Below are positions 51,666 to 63,699 of a DNA stretch of 64,000 nucleotides, piece by piece. The translations under genes and the position numbers were made by a program. The stretch lies in NCBI RefSeq assembly GCF_044704955.1, contig NC_091999.1, positions 64,976,001-65,040,000 on the forward strand. The letters are read 5' to 3'. Positions within the stretch are counted from its first letter, which is position 1. Each line of letters starts with the position of its first letter. Under the pieces are notes generated by a model. That model did no database searches. It had not been told where the DNA came from and saw nothing but the letters and a program-made list of their open reading frames with translations. Source of the stretch: Pristiophorus japonicus. Its lineage: Eukaryota.

Positions 51666-53414
51666 AATATTTAAATATTAATTGATTCAGTAAGGTTAAT
51701 AAACAGCAAATGTTTACGTCAGCTAATAACTAAAGAAAAATTCCTACCAATATTGTAAAGTCGGATCAGAATATTTAAAAGAGGACATGTTAAAATTTAA
51801 TTCGATTTTATTTGCCAAAGGGTCAAACTCGATCTTTTAAAGTTATGTATGCAATATTAAGTAAGCAGTCGGAATATAGGAATAGGATTAGGACATGCAG
51901 CTCTGGAGCCTGACCCGCCATTCAATTAGATAATGGCTGATCTGTATCTTAGCTCCATCATTCAGCCTTGGTTCCATAACATAATACCCTTTCCTAACAC
52001 AAATCTACCAATCAACCTCTGAACAGCCATCAGCAGTGAAGGCCACTGCCTGCTAAAGCTTCCCTTATTAATTCCCGAGATGAGTGCAAGGCAGAAAAGG
52101 ATGTTTTTTATTGCACATCCCGAGTCGCACCGTGAGGAGGGGGTGTTGGGCCTTCTCCTTGAACCACTGCAGTTCTGCTCCTTCCAGCAATTGGTCACCC
52201 ATATAGAATAAAGATGAGCAGGAATTTATTTTCTCAGACGGTTGTAAATCTGTGGAATTCCGTACTCCAGAGAGCCGTGGAGGCTGGGTTGCTGAACAAA
52301 AATGGGAGAAAGATGAGATTTAATTACTTGAACTTTAAACAATTCAGTAGCCCTTTTATAAAAAATAAACATTTTCGATGATATAACATCTCAAGAATTA
52401 TTTTCCGTCAATTCCATGCTCAAAATATTACAAAATAGGATCAGAAAATAATGGATTGATCCATATGTTGTCTAATTATAACTATTTCCAAATAATGGCC
52501 ATTCTAGATTATTCAGGCCCTTTATTCAGTACACCATGGAGTGCTGGAGAGAGGTTTAATGACACCATAACCAAACTGTAAGAGATGAGTGAGAATCGCA
52601 AAGTAAACAAAACAAAGATGGAATTGCCTTGAACCCACTGCACTTCCTTGAATACTCTTACAGTTCTGTGCCTGGATTATACGAAAGTCTCCCTTATTAC
52701 TGATTAGCAGACGCGCACTGTGCGGTGTAATTTGAGCTAATTGAGATCCCTGAACAACCCCTCTCATAGCCCGGCTACCAATGGGTAGAAACATTTACAG
52801 ATTGTGATCTGTTTCAGCGGGAGATGATGCATTTATTCCTGTGATTTCCTGATACGCCGTGTTCCTGGTACCCCTGTCTGTTACACATTCTGTCACTATT
52901 AAAGTTAGCTGCAAGGATTTGGATGTCGGGGTTTGCTGATCACATTATCGGCTGTGATTCACCAGCGTTTCTCATAAAAAGCTGAACTGAAGCAGGCGGG
53001 CCAAGCTCTCTTATGTGTCTCCGTCAACTAACTTCTTATTATCAGGCAAGCGGGCTTATTTTACAGCTAATTTTATAAAGGGATGTCTTAGGGTCAAAGA
53101 CTCAGGGGCAGTTAGTGAAAAGAAATGAGAGACACTTGTATAATTTGAGCGGTGTGAACTCATCTCCAGACACAAATTGTGTAGCTATAGCCATCCAGTG
53201 TTTCTGCAATCACATTACCCATCTCCCGCACTCGGTTACATAGAGTGATAACAATTCAGATTATAAGGGATTCGTTATTGATGCAGATGAATGGATAGAT
53301 AGTGGGAGATGGGGGAACACAAATTGACAGTTCCTTCAGACCGTGATAATGTAATTCAATCTAATAGATTCACATCCCCTGAGAAGGAGTGAGGAAATAA
53401 AGGGATTTCATTTA

Positions 53415-53545
53415 CAGTCCAGATGTGAGTCGATTCTGTTGGTGATGTGGAAGGTGTGACGTGGATCCAGAAGCCGCCTCTATCAGGGAATCAAAGGGCG
53501 GCGCCTGTAACCTCGCCCCCATCTCCCGGGCATTTAATTGCCGGT
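53415..53545 (+). promoter_or_regulatory. Putative VH promoter with a CRE-like element and no octamer
   Basis: E-box CAGATG at ~53420, TGATGTGGA at 53443, TGACGTGGA at 53457 and TATA-like TTTAAT at ~53533, all upstream of the leader ATG. Confidence 0.55.
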
Positions 53546-53629
53546 CATTGGGAGCGCAATACAACAGTCCGGGAATGGGTTTCCTCAGTGAGTTCTTGCC
53601 GGAACCATTCACCACACATCGTCAGGAGC

Positions 53630-53675
53630 ATGAGGTCGGCGATTTCTCTCAGTCTGTTACTGGCTTTATTTTCAC
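53630..53675 (+). pseudogene. IGHV: IgM VH leader exon with a mutated splice donor
   Basis: MRSAISLSLLLALFS plus 1 nt (46 nt), followed by ATGAGT instead of GTGAGT. Confidence 0.92.
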
Positions 53676-53800
53676 ATGAGTAGATTTTATTGAGCAAGTC
53701 TCTCACTATTACTGTCTCAGTGTTAGTCTCTCTGGAATTTTACAGAGTCAGGAATCATTTCACCAGGATTAATCCTCTGGGTATTTGATTATTTTTACAG

Positions 53801-54095
53801 GTGTCCAGGCGGATGTGGTGTTGACTCAGACCGAGGCAGAAACCCAGATTTCCGGGTGCACCTTGAGACTGACCTGCGGCTTCGATCTTGCCAACTATGG
53901 CATGAACTGGGTCCGCCAGTTTCCCGGACAGGGGCTGGATTGGCTGATTAGATATTATACTTCATCGAACAAAATTTACGCACCAGGGATTCAGAGCCGA
54001 TTTACTGCGTCCAAAGACAGTTCAAGCAATATCTTCCCGTTGGACATGAAGAAACTGATGAGCGAAGACTCCGCCATTTAGTATTGTGCAAGGGC
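53801..54095 (+). pseudogene. IGHV: IgM VH exon (pseudogene)
   Basis: ttacag| then [14 protein letters not shown]...[28 protein letters not shown]...[13 protein letters not shown]...EDSAI*YCAR. TAG at 54079-54081, and the usual three residues after the first framework Cys are missing. Confidence 0.96.
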
Positions 54096-54134
54096 CACAG
54101 CGAGAGGAACCAGGGCTGGACCCGTACAAGAATA
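54096..54134 (+). promoter_or_regulatory. VH recombination signal sequence, 23-bp spacer
   Basis: CACAGCG, 23 nt, ACAAGAATA. Confidence 0.92.
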
Positions 54135-54538
54135 GATCGAGGGGGAATTCAACGAACTTCCATCATAACCTGACGGTCAGCAATTTTGTCAAATGCAATG
54201 TTAACGGCAATGTTCAGAACCAGACCACAAACCGCTTCTTACAATACCAGGACACTGAGAATTCAATGGTGAAAATCTAACACACTAACCCATGTACTGA
54301 GGGGAGGTTTTGATTATGCTTCTGTTTAATGTTAACATTGTCAGCAATTGCAGAGCTGGACATGATGCTCGATTCACTGTGCCTGGTTCATCGAGGGAGC
54401 TGGTTGGAACTGTGTTCACTTTTATTGTGTTGAGTAAACTGTTGGCTAAATTCTAAACTTGATCATCATTAATGTCTATTTGAAGGGAATGTCCATTTGA
54501 AGTGAATGTTGAGAGTCTAATGAGCAGAGAGTGAGTGC

Positions 54539-54566
54539 AGTATTTGTGCGAGTTCCTATCACTGTG
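54539..54566 (-). promoter_or_regulatory. Recombination signal sequence, 12-bp spacer
   Basis: AGTATTTGT, gcgagttcctat (12 nt), CACTGTG. Confidence 0.92.
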
Positions 54567-54634
54567 GGACTATGGGAGAGGGTACAACTATTTTGACGAC
54601 TGGGGGCAAGGGACTATGGTGACGGTGACTGCAG
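54567..54634 (+). other. IGHJ: JH segment with fused D-like 5' sequence (putative germline-joined D(D)J)
   Basis: Translates as DYGRGYNYFDDWGQGTMVTVTA, with the WGxG motif and an intact G|gtaagg donor. Confidence 0.9.
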
Positions 54635-54822
54635 GTAAGGAACATTCACTCATTCAGTAACTGTTGTATTTGTGTCTTTTTATATTTCTGTTTATTTTAT
54701 TAACTATTTTGTTCACTGAAACTTGGTTTCGATGGATTTTCCATGGAGATTTTTCAATGTTCCATTTAATTCTGCTACAACGTGATCATATAATTGAACA
54801 GTTTCTCCACAGAACATGATGT

Positions 54823-55940
54823 TGATGTGATTTGGTGTTTATCTGCTGACGAGACTGTGTGCCTGGGTTACTATAACTACCTAACGGTAGTTAAACTGTC
54901 TGACATTTCTGCAATGTTTATTCTCGGTGACCTCTGATTGCTGCAGTTTTTCTGATCTAATGCAAACATTGTTTTTAAATATGTTTGAAAGAACATTGTA
55001 GGCACAAAACAGAAAGCTTAACGATCAGTATATAATCTTAAGGAATTTAAAGGTTTTTTAAAAAATTACATTGTCATCTACTGAGCGAATGTTCCCAAAT
55101 GCTCAGATTCAACAGGTGAAGTGTTACTGTAATTAAGAACTAAAACATTAAAACATTTCCAGCTGAAACAGATTTAAATTAATATAGCTAACATTATTAT
55201 AATGCATTAATATCACACTGTATTCTTTAAATATGCTATAATATCAACGTTAATTTATTTAGCATGATCCGTCTAATCACAATTCTGCTGTCATTATTTT
55301 ATATTTCTGTTGAATTCAATCATTGGTTATTTCAGTGTTAGGCGGGTTCGGTGATTCTGCCATGAGACATTTTACAATGATACATTTTATTCTGCTGAAA
55401 GGATTTATAGAATGAAGGGTCTGCTCAATGAAAGGATCTGTGGAGCGATTCCGCTCATCAGTGATGTGATTTAGTGTTGATCTGCTGAGGAGAGTTTGTG
55501 CCTGTGTTACTCAGAACAGCGAGAATTTGTGAAAGTCTTTGGCGTTTCGACAATGTTTAATATCGGTGACAGCAGGCAGCAGCAGGTTTCTGACCGAATA
55601 CAAACAAAATATATGTTTGAAACTGTTTGAAAGCAGATTGTAGGCAGAGAACAGGAAGGTTTTAGAAATCAGAAATCATTGAAAGGTATTTTAACATAAC
55701 AATTATTGAAGTGATAATTATGTATTCAAATAGTAATCAATGTTTACATGCTAATATTTACAGTGTGAAATGAAACTATTAATAACAGCTATATCTTTAA
55801 CAAGTGTTCAGGTTGTAGTTGCTTTAAATGAATATTAACCAAACGATTATAATGCGATAATATCTCCCAATATTATTAAATATGCTATAATATCAATGTA
55901 AATGTACTTAATAATATTCGCCTTCCAAGATTCTGCTCTG
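54823..55940 (+). repeat. Diverged ~640-bp-period tandem duplication in the J-C intron
   Basis: 54823-55290 resembles 55462-55938 (tgatgtgattt.gtgtt.atctgctga; taaatatgctataatatcaa). Confidence 0.75.
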
Positions 55941-58139
55941 CAATGGGCTCCATTAACAGGAGCAGAAACTCTTAGAGGTTCGATACAATCATTAATTATG
56001 CCTGCAATTATTTCACTGACAATATACTGATTCCACTGCTGTGTTTAGTTTGATTAGGTTGTTCAATTACTTGCTACCTCCTGTTTACACAGATGAATAA
56101 CAGAGTGTATTAACTTATATCTTAAAGCCATGTTGTAAATTGCATTTTGTCAATTCAATATATGTGCGGTGGTATGAAATCCTTACTGTGCAGACGAAAT
56201 TTGTTATTCCTTCAATATTATGTGTTGTTTGATAGCGAGAGAATTATCACTAAATTAATCTTAATGAGTTTGCAAGACTAAAGGCGGAGAGACAGGCGTA
56301 GCTGGCAGTCAAAGAATTGTTAATTTGATTATATTTAAATTCAAGGCAGGTTCCAACTGCGTATGGCTGGAGATAGACACATAATCCATTGAAATTCAAG
56401 CAGATTAATTTACTTACAAAAGGTTCATCTTATTTAGAATGTAAAACAATATCCTATCTCCGAAAGTGCTGCTGTATACGGGATAGAACAGTAGAAATGC
56501 ACAGCTCATATCTGAGAGTTATGTTTAATTCTTATTAATATTAAATTGATGAACACAGACACTTCTCCATTTGCTCATTCAGTTTCAGTGCCGCAGATGG
56601 TCTGAATGATGTTTTACACTGACTATTCTGGCTACAATTTTCAAAAAGTAGCAGCATATATTTATTAAATAATTTGTGGGCATTGTGTGAATAATGGGAG
56701 TGAACTATAAACAATTGTCTGTAGTATTAAATATCGGAGGCTCTGCTACTGACTGCAAACTGCACGGATCAGTTTTACTTAATAAAACCATTTTTGAAAG
56801 GTTAAGTTTGAGGAGAATATTTCAGCTCGAGACTCCAGCGTTAGTAAACAAGCTGTTTACAGCCCAGTGGAGTTGTGACCCTGGCCGGACAGTGAACTAT
56901 TTAAAATAGTCCACTCCTCAATCCATCATGTGAAACGTACTCTGAGACTAGACGCAGTTTATGCTATAGCAGAAACAGGCAGTTTAAAAATGTGTCGGCA
57001 GAGAGCGGGATAGTAGTAGAACTGCTTGATTACTGTCAATTATTCAAATGTGATTCGATTTAAATAAAAATAATGTAGGTTTCTGGCTGTAGTTATGTAT
57101 TACTATGCTGCTTACTATTTTAATATTGACGAATTGTTATAGTAAGTTAAGTATCACAAGCTGCCAGGCAGAAAAAGGATATAAAATTATTAAGTAATTA
57201 TATTAGTAAGGCTGAAATTCAAGCACTTTAAATTAATTTCAATAGTTCCAGTTACGTGTGCTTCTGAGGAGGAAAGGTCAGACAGGCACTCAGATTATTT
57301 TTAATAATCAGTTGACATGAACATTAATTTAGAAGGTAACATCAGTGCTAATTTATTAAACATAAACGATTTCTTGCAATTGCGTTGCAACCTGGTCCGT
57401 ATTATAGTTATTGCAAAACCTCAATGGTTGGAGAGAATGTTTAATTAATTCCGAAATTAATTTATAATCATTGCATTTATAACTCGGCTGTGCTGAGTTC
57501 GATAACGTGTCGCTTCAGATTTTAGTGAATCAACTTCGTGTTTTGCCTCGAAGATTTTTACAGGTTATATTTACTGATGAAAGTTTATCCAATCAGTGGG
57601 TGATCAGGTTCCAATGTATATGTCTCCTGGATTATAACATTCTTACTCTTGTCACTGATCCCCTGTGATGGGCAGCAAGTTACCGTGGAACGTGAATTAT
57701 TTCCAGACACTTGTTTTCAGGTAAATTAATTTTTACGCAGTTTACAAGATTGTTGACAGAGAGGGAGAAATCGCTGGATGTTTCTCAAATTAGTGTCAGT
57801 TTAATTTCAAAGAATCTGCAGAGTTGACGCGTTTGAAAATTGACAAGAAATAAATTAGAAATCAAACAGCTTCATTGAAATTAACAGAATGAACTGGTCT
57901 CTCTGCCTGGAGCACCCTTGTTGCACCGTTCTGCTGCTGTGCACCTTCTTACTGTGTGAGAATCAGGAGTCCTCCTGATTGGTTGTAAATCTTCTGGCTT
58001 GTAATCCTGTATTGCGGGGAGTGATATTTAACTCAATTATTTAAGAAACAGAATAAGTGAGAACATTGAAAGATTGATTTTAAGGTTGAGGAGGGGCCTC
58101 AGAAATGCGACATTCAGAAGGAGCAGTTCAGAAACACCG

Positions 58140-59420
58140 CGGAGAGACTGTAGAAGGAGCTTTAATTGGGTTGCAACCCGGCGGTACCTGCCCTGGGAGT
58201 GTTCGATGGGACAGTGTACAGGTAGCTTGACTCTATATCTGACCCAAGCTGTACGTGCCCGGGGCGGATTTGATTGAGACAATGTAGATGGAGCTTTATT
58301 CTGCATCTGACCCATGCCCTGGGTGGATTGATGGAATAGTGTAGAAATAATTTTACTCGGAACTTAAACCTTGCTATATTTGACCCGGAGTGTCTGAAAG
58401 GGTAGTGTAGTTTAATATGAATTCAACGTATGCTATACATGACGTTACAGCGCCAGACATGTCAGTGAAGCGGGAGAGTTACTCTGTCATATCTATCCTG
58501 CATCTGATTTGAATGATTTTCCAAATATATTGAAGGATCCTAAATCTGCATTTAACTAATAAGATATTAAGTCAGTAAAGTTTAAAAATTTTGAGCGCCA
58601 GATAATTATTGACTGAGATTGGTCTGATCCTAAGCTCACTTTCAGAACACACAGTTTCAGGAAAGCAGCGCCTCGTCTGATCTGATGGGTGCTTCAATTT
58701 ATTTTGACCATTTTGTGTCTGCACTGGGACTGTTTGATCGGACAGAGATGAGGGAGCTTTACTCTGTATCTAACCCATGCGGTACCTGTCCTGGGAGTGT
58801 TTGGCGGGACAGTGGAGAGGAAGCCTTATTATTTATCCAACCCGTGCTGTACCTGCTCTGAGTGTGTGGCAGTGTGGAGCAAAATTTACTTTTAATCTAT
58901 GCCGTACCTTACCAACACTGGGCGAGTTAGATATGTCAGTGAAGATGGAGCTTTTTTCTGCATCTTACCCGTGCTTTATCGTATCTGGCAGTGTTTGATG
59001 GGGCATTGCAGAGAGAGCTTTAATCAGTATTAAAATCTTAACTACAAGTACGCGGTGGTTTATTGGGACAGTCAATATTGATTGATCTTCTATTTAATAC
59101 GCGCTGTAGCTGAGTTGGTGCACTTCAACGGGACCGTGTATGGGAAGCTTTTCTTTGTATATAATTGTGCTTAATCTAACCGGACAATTTGTTAACGCAT
59201 TTTATGGGGAGACATTTCGTCGCACATTTCTGCCGTACTCTAGATTGGATTATTTGAGGGTACAGTAGGGATAACGTATTACTATGTGTTCCAACCTTGC
59301 TATACCTGTCCTGACCCACACAGCAGTGTAGCGGAAGCTTTGCCCTATCTTCTCCGAGCTGTATCTGATCTGAAAGTGCTAGGTTACGCAGTGTTCAAGG
59401 AAACGTTACCTGCATCTAAA
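58140..59420 (+). repeat. Degenerate 67-bp satellite in the J-C intron
   Basis: Repeated gtacctgccctgggagtgtt.gatgggacagtgta variants. Confidence 0.8.
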
Positions 59421-60091
59421 AGATAACACATAAACTGCTCGAGCCACATAGATACAATAAATCGTCCCATTGCCCAGATTAAACAACGCACATTCATTGA
59501 TTAACCTTCTTTCTGGACAAATAGCCAATTTTTAAAGAGTTAGTAATGTTTGAACATTTTGAGCATCAGATTTCTATTGAACATGATTGGTCTGATCCTC
59601 AGCTCACTTTCAGAAAAAATCGTTTCAGGGAGTGAATAACACTCCAGAAAGCAGCGCCTGTTTTGGGTGACTACAAGTTATTTCCACAATTTAAATGGAG
59701 ATTGTAGAGACTCCTGCTCCAAATAACCGTCTTGGGGACCTCATGTTGAGAACCATCATTTTGTCCAATTCTTCCTGAGAAGGGTAAAGGCAGGGACAAA
59801 CTGTGACGAGATGCAGCTATTGGCCTGGGTCACAACACAAGGCACACAGTCCCTGAGCTGCAATTCTGTGAAACATTTAAAGAGATAGAGTCAACCTGAA
59901 ATAAGTCATTATTCGCAATGAACTTTAAAACTTTATAACAGCATGCGATTGACTAATTTGCGTCAGGTTTATGATCCCTTTATTTTAAATATCCTTTTCA
60001 TTATAACAAACAATAAAAATAGTTCTGGTAGAGGTGTCCAAAATATGAAGCGTTCCCTTCCATTAAATCTAGAAGAACTATTTCCACTGAT

Positions 60092-61020
60092 TCGAGTAGA
60101 ATGATAACATCTCACAGCACTGAAAAATGCCATTCGGCCATCGTTCCTGTGCCGGCTCTGAAAGAGCTGTCCAATTTCATCCACCACCTCAGGATTTTCC
60201 TTTAAATGTAAAATGAATCCTCCTGAAGTACATGATGAGCTGCCTGGTGCATTCCTGAAATTACCAACTCTCTGTGTAAAAAAATTACTCCAGTTTCCCC
60301 TTTTGATCTTTTGCCAATTATTTTAAACCTGTGACATTTGGTTACCCACCTACCTTCCAGCCGAAACATGTTCTCCCGACTTGCTGCATCAAAACCTGAG
60401 ATAATGTTGAATATCTCTCTTAGGTCTCCCCTTAACCTCTGCTCTAAGGAGAGCAGCCCAGTTTCTCCAATCTCTCCATATTACTGACGACCCCATCCCT
60501 GTCATCATCCTGGTAAAAACCTCCCCTGTACACCCCCAAGGGCTTGACATCCTTCCTACATTGTTATGCCAGAATTGTGCACAATACTCCAGCTGAGGCC
60601 TAACCCGTGATCTGTCAGCTTAGCATAACAGTCTTGTTTCTTGCAGTTAATGTCCATTTTTACAAAATCAAAAATCCCATATTCTTTCATAACAGCCTTA
60701 CCAGTTTACCTTGCCCCCTTCAAAGATTTGTGAGTACTTCCATCCAGATCTCTCCGTTCGTGCATCCCCTCAAAGCAATACTATTTACATTATAGTGCCT
60801 CTCCATGTTCCACCCAATGTGCATCGCTTCTCATTTATTCACATAAAATTGCAATTGCCATGTCCCGGCCCATTTCATTGGTCTATCTGTCTCCTCCTGA
60901 AGTCTGCTGCTATCATGCTCATTATTGGCTCTGTTGCCAGGTTTAGCATCATCTTCGAAATTCCAAATTATATTCCCTATTACCATATCCAGGTCAATGT
61001 TATGTAACAAGAATAACAAT
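60092..61020 (-). mobile_element. Old CR1 3' fragment in the J-C intron
   Basis: FEDDAKPG...RLQEETDRPMKWAGTWQLQF. Confidence 0.82.
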
Positions 61021-61751
61021 GGGAATTGAAATGGGACATTTAACGAGAAACTTTTTGGAACTGTATTTTATTCGGATTATAAATTGAGTGACAGGGAGGA
61101 TGAAACTCAAGCGACATGCATTCAAGAGGATGGAATAGAGCGCAGATCATAGTGCGCTGAAGGACATCGCTCTCCCTCAAATGCTGAGAACGAAAGGGAG
61201 AGATTCGACTCAATTGCGATTCATCTACAGCTTGAACCTTAGAAACTGAACTAAGGAAATGCTAACTGATGAATTATGTGCTAGGCACTTTTAGAGGGTT
61301 TTTTTGCTAACGTCCTAAGCAGGAATTCCGCTGTTACTTTCAAGTGCAGTCAATGTTGTTTAGTAGCGATACGGCGCAGGAAATGTGCAAAGGGCAAATT
61401 TCCCCAAACTGCAATTAAATAAAGGATCAGCAATGGTGCTCATTGAGAAATAAATGATGGCCGAAATAGCCACGTGCTTGCGTTTGTATTGTGTGATCCA
61501 ATGAAGTGTTTTTTATTGAGGAGATGTGTAAATGTTGTTGTTTTGTAATGTAATAGAGCTCGGAAATAGAGAGGTGTGTTCTAGACCAGGGCATCGACAG
61601 GAGCTTATGATGGACCGACAGAAGCTCAAATGCCCGTGTATTCTTTAATGGGAAAATGGGGGATTTAGTTTATTCTGCTGTCAAATTTTGAGTAATTTAA
61701 TTATTCTATAAGCACAGATTATAACTTGGTCAATTGGCCATTCTTTCTGAG

Positions 61752-62050
61752 TAACACCGTCTCCCCCCACATTCTACGCCATGCTCTCCTCCTGTAAACA
61801 ACCCAGCACTTATGGTTCGGTCACGTACGGCTGTTTAGCGATAGACTGCTCCCCCGAATCACCAGCCATTCCTGGAAGAAAGAAAAAGAGCCGATCACCA
61901 CTGGATTGAAGACCTACCCGTCGATGCTCAACAAGAAGGGAACCTACACCCGGAGCAGCCAGATAACCATCACCGAGTCAGAGGTGGGGAGCAGCACAAT
62001 CTACTGCGAGGTTCGACGTGGTGTGTCCGTCTGGGCCATAACACTGTCAG
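61752..62050 (+). pseudogene. IGHM: IgM CH1 exon, frameshifted
   Basis: [35 protein letters not shown] / [56 protein letters not shown] 1-nt deletion at ~61858 leads to TGA at 61907. Donor is gttagt. Confidence 0.95.
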
Positions 62051-62130
62051 GTTAGTGGTGTGGGATACAGGGCAAACTGTGAAAAGTTGCGAAAGTATGT
62101 TCAACATGTATAGATATGTGGTTAGACCAA

Positions 62131-62495
62131 ACTTAGAGCATTGTGTACAGTTCTGGTCTCCATATTATACTTAGTATACTGTGCACAGTTTAGGTCGCTA
62201 TATCACACTTAGAATACTGTGCACAAGACGGTCTCCTTCTCACAGTTAGAATATGGTTTACAATTCTGGTTTCCATCTCATATTTAGAATACTGTGTCAA
62301 GTTCTTTTCTCCATATCATACTTAGAATACTGTACACATTTCTCTTCTATATGTCACACTTAGAATATTGTTTAGGGTTCTGGTTTCCATATCATATTTA
62401 GAATACTGTGCATGGTTCTGGTCCCAATATCGCACTTAAAATATTATGCACAGTTCCGGTATGCATATTACACTGAGAATACTGTGAACAGTTGC
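62131..62495 (+). repeat. 38-bp tandem repeat derived from CR1 RT sequence
   Basis: acttag anchors at 62131, 62169, 62207, 62244, 62282, 62320, 62358, 62396, 62434 and 62472. Confidence 0.9.
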
Positions 62496-62619
62496 GCTCT
62501 CTGTGAATGCCAGGTTAGTGTTAGTCTGATAGCACATAACCTGTTAAAATATAAGGACACTTTGCATTTCTTAGTCATTTATTTTGCAAGCAATGTCAAT
62601 AATATGCCTTCTCTTGAAG

Positions 62620-62937
62620 ATCCTTAATGGGACATCGTTCCTGCAACTGTTCTCCTCACGCTGAGTTCCACTGAACAAATCACCAGCAGCAGATATGCAA
62701 GCGCCGTGTGTTCAATCATCAATTCCAGGCCAAAGTCACTGACCGTGAATTGGCTGAAGAGTGGACAACTCGTGGATTCGGGCTTTGTCACCTCTCCCGC
62801 ATTTGAGGTGAACGGGAACTTCTCGACAGCCAGTCGGCTAACGGTCCCCGCCGGGGAATGGTTCACCGGTTCGGTCTACACCTGCCAGGTCACTCATTTA
62901 GGCGTCACGCAAAGCCATAACTTCACCAGATCTCAGG
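62620..62937 (+). pseudogene. IGHM: IgM CH2 exon with an in-frame stop
   Basis: [33 protein letters not shown]...[18 protein letters not shown]...[38 protein letters not shown] at 62625-62627. Donor is G|gtaaga. Confidence 0.95.
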
Positions 62938-63069
62938 GTAAGAGGCACAATCCAGGGAGATTCCAGACCATTCTGAGCGCTGATCTCAGTCAGGACTTTT
63001 ATTGGAATTAGTAAAAAGCAGATGAATATTCCTAATTTCCAATCATGCAGTTTGTGTATTACCGCAATA

Positions 63070-63500
63070 CAAACTTTCCTTTATACAGCGCGTTTAGCGA
63101 CCTCAGACTGAACCAAACAGCTTGCCAGCCAATGAAGCAAGTTGGGAAATGTGGTTGCAGTTGTAATGTACAACGTGCGACAGTCAATTTGTGCACAGAA
63201 ATCTCGAACAAACAGCAGTGTGATAATGACCAGATAATTCTTTGCTTAGTAATGTTTTTTTGAGGTATCAATATTCCCAGGCCACCAGGCAGCAGTCCTG
63301 TGCTTTTCATTGAAAAAGTGCCAGGGGATCTTTTACGTCCACCTGAGAGGCCAGACGGATCCTCGGTTTAACACCTGATACGAAAGCCGACACCTCCGAA
63401 AGTGCACTACGCCCCCAGTACTGCACTAGGAGACTCAGCTTACATTTCGTGATCAAGTAACTGGAGTGGGATTTCAACCCACGATCTTCTGGTTCAGGAT
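63070..63500 (-). mobile_element. Deu-domain SINE
   Basis: Reverse-complement Deu core and tRNA-like head. Confidence 0.8.
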
Positions 63501-63699
63501 TCCTCATTGTTCAGGATTTGATAACCTCGCCAAAGAAGCTTTCCCCTTGCTCTGATGTCAGGCAGTGAGTGAAGTGTCCTTAGTCTCAGTATATCCTGAG
63601 TTGGTTGATCATATACGGAGCGGCAGTCGGAGTCTGGAACACTTTACTGATAATTATCCAGGAACCCACTGCTAGAATGGGCATCTACCCTATTCAGAG

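Noticed and set aside
53785-54095. Classification as IgW, IgNAR or TCR
   Set aside because: The V framework (LTQxEAET, RFTASKD) and the CH1/CH2 sequences match shark IgM.
54375-54381. Extra CACTGTG heptamer between V and DJ, a possible D RSS
   Set aside because: No nonamer at 12 or 22/23 bp upstream and no downstream heptamer that would delimit a D segment.
54868-54895. Resemblance to the I-CeuI/rDNA site (TAACTATAACGGTCCTAAGGTAGCGAA)
   Set aside because: Only a partial match with indels and no rRNA context. Better explained as a short hairpin.
61280-61310. Similarity to a phage T7 terminator tail
   Set aside because: No stem-loop is present. A chance T-run.
62131-62495. CRISPR-like periodicity, also in the 67-bp arrays
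   Set aside because: Whole units repeat with no unique spacers, there are no cas genes, and the DNA is vertebrate.
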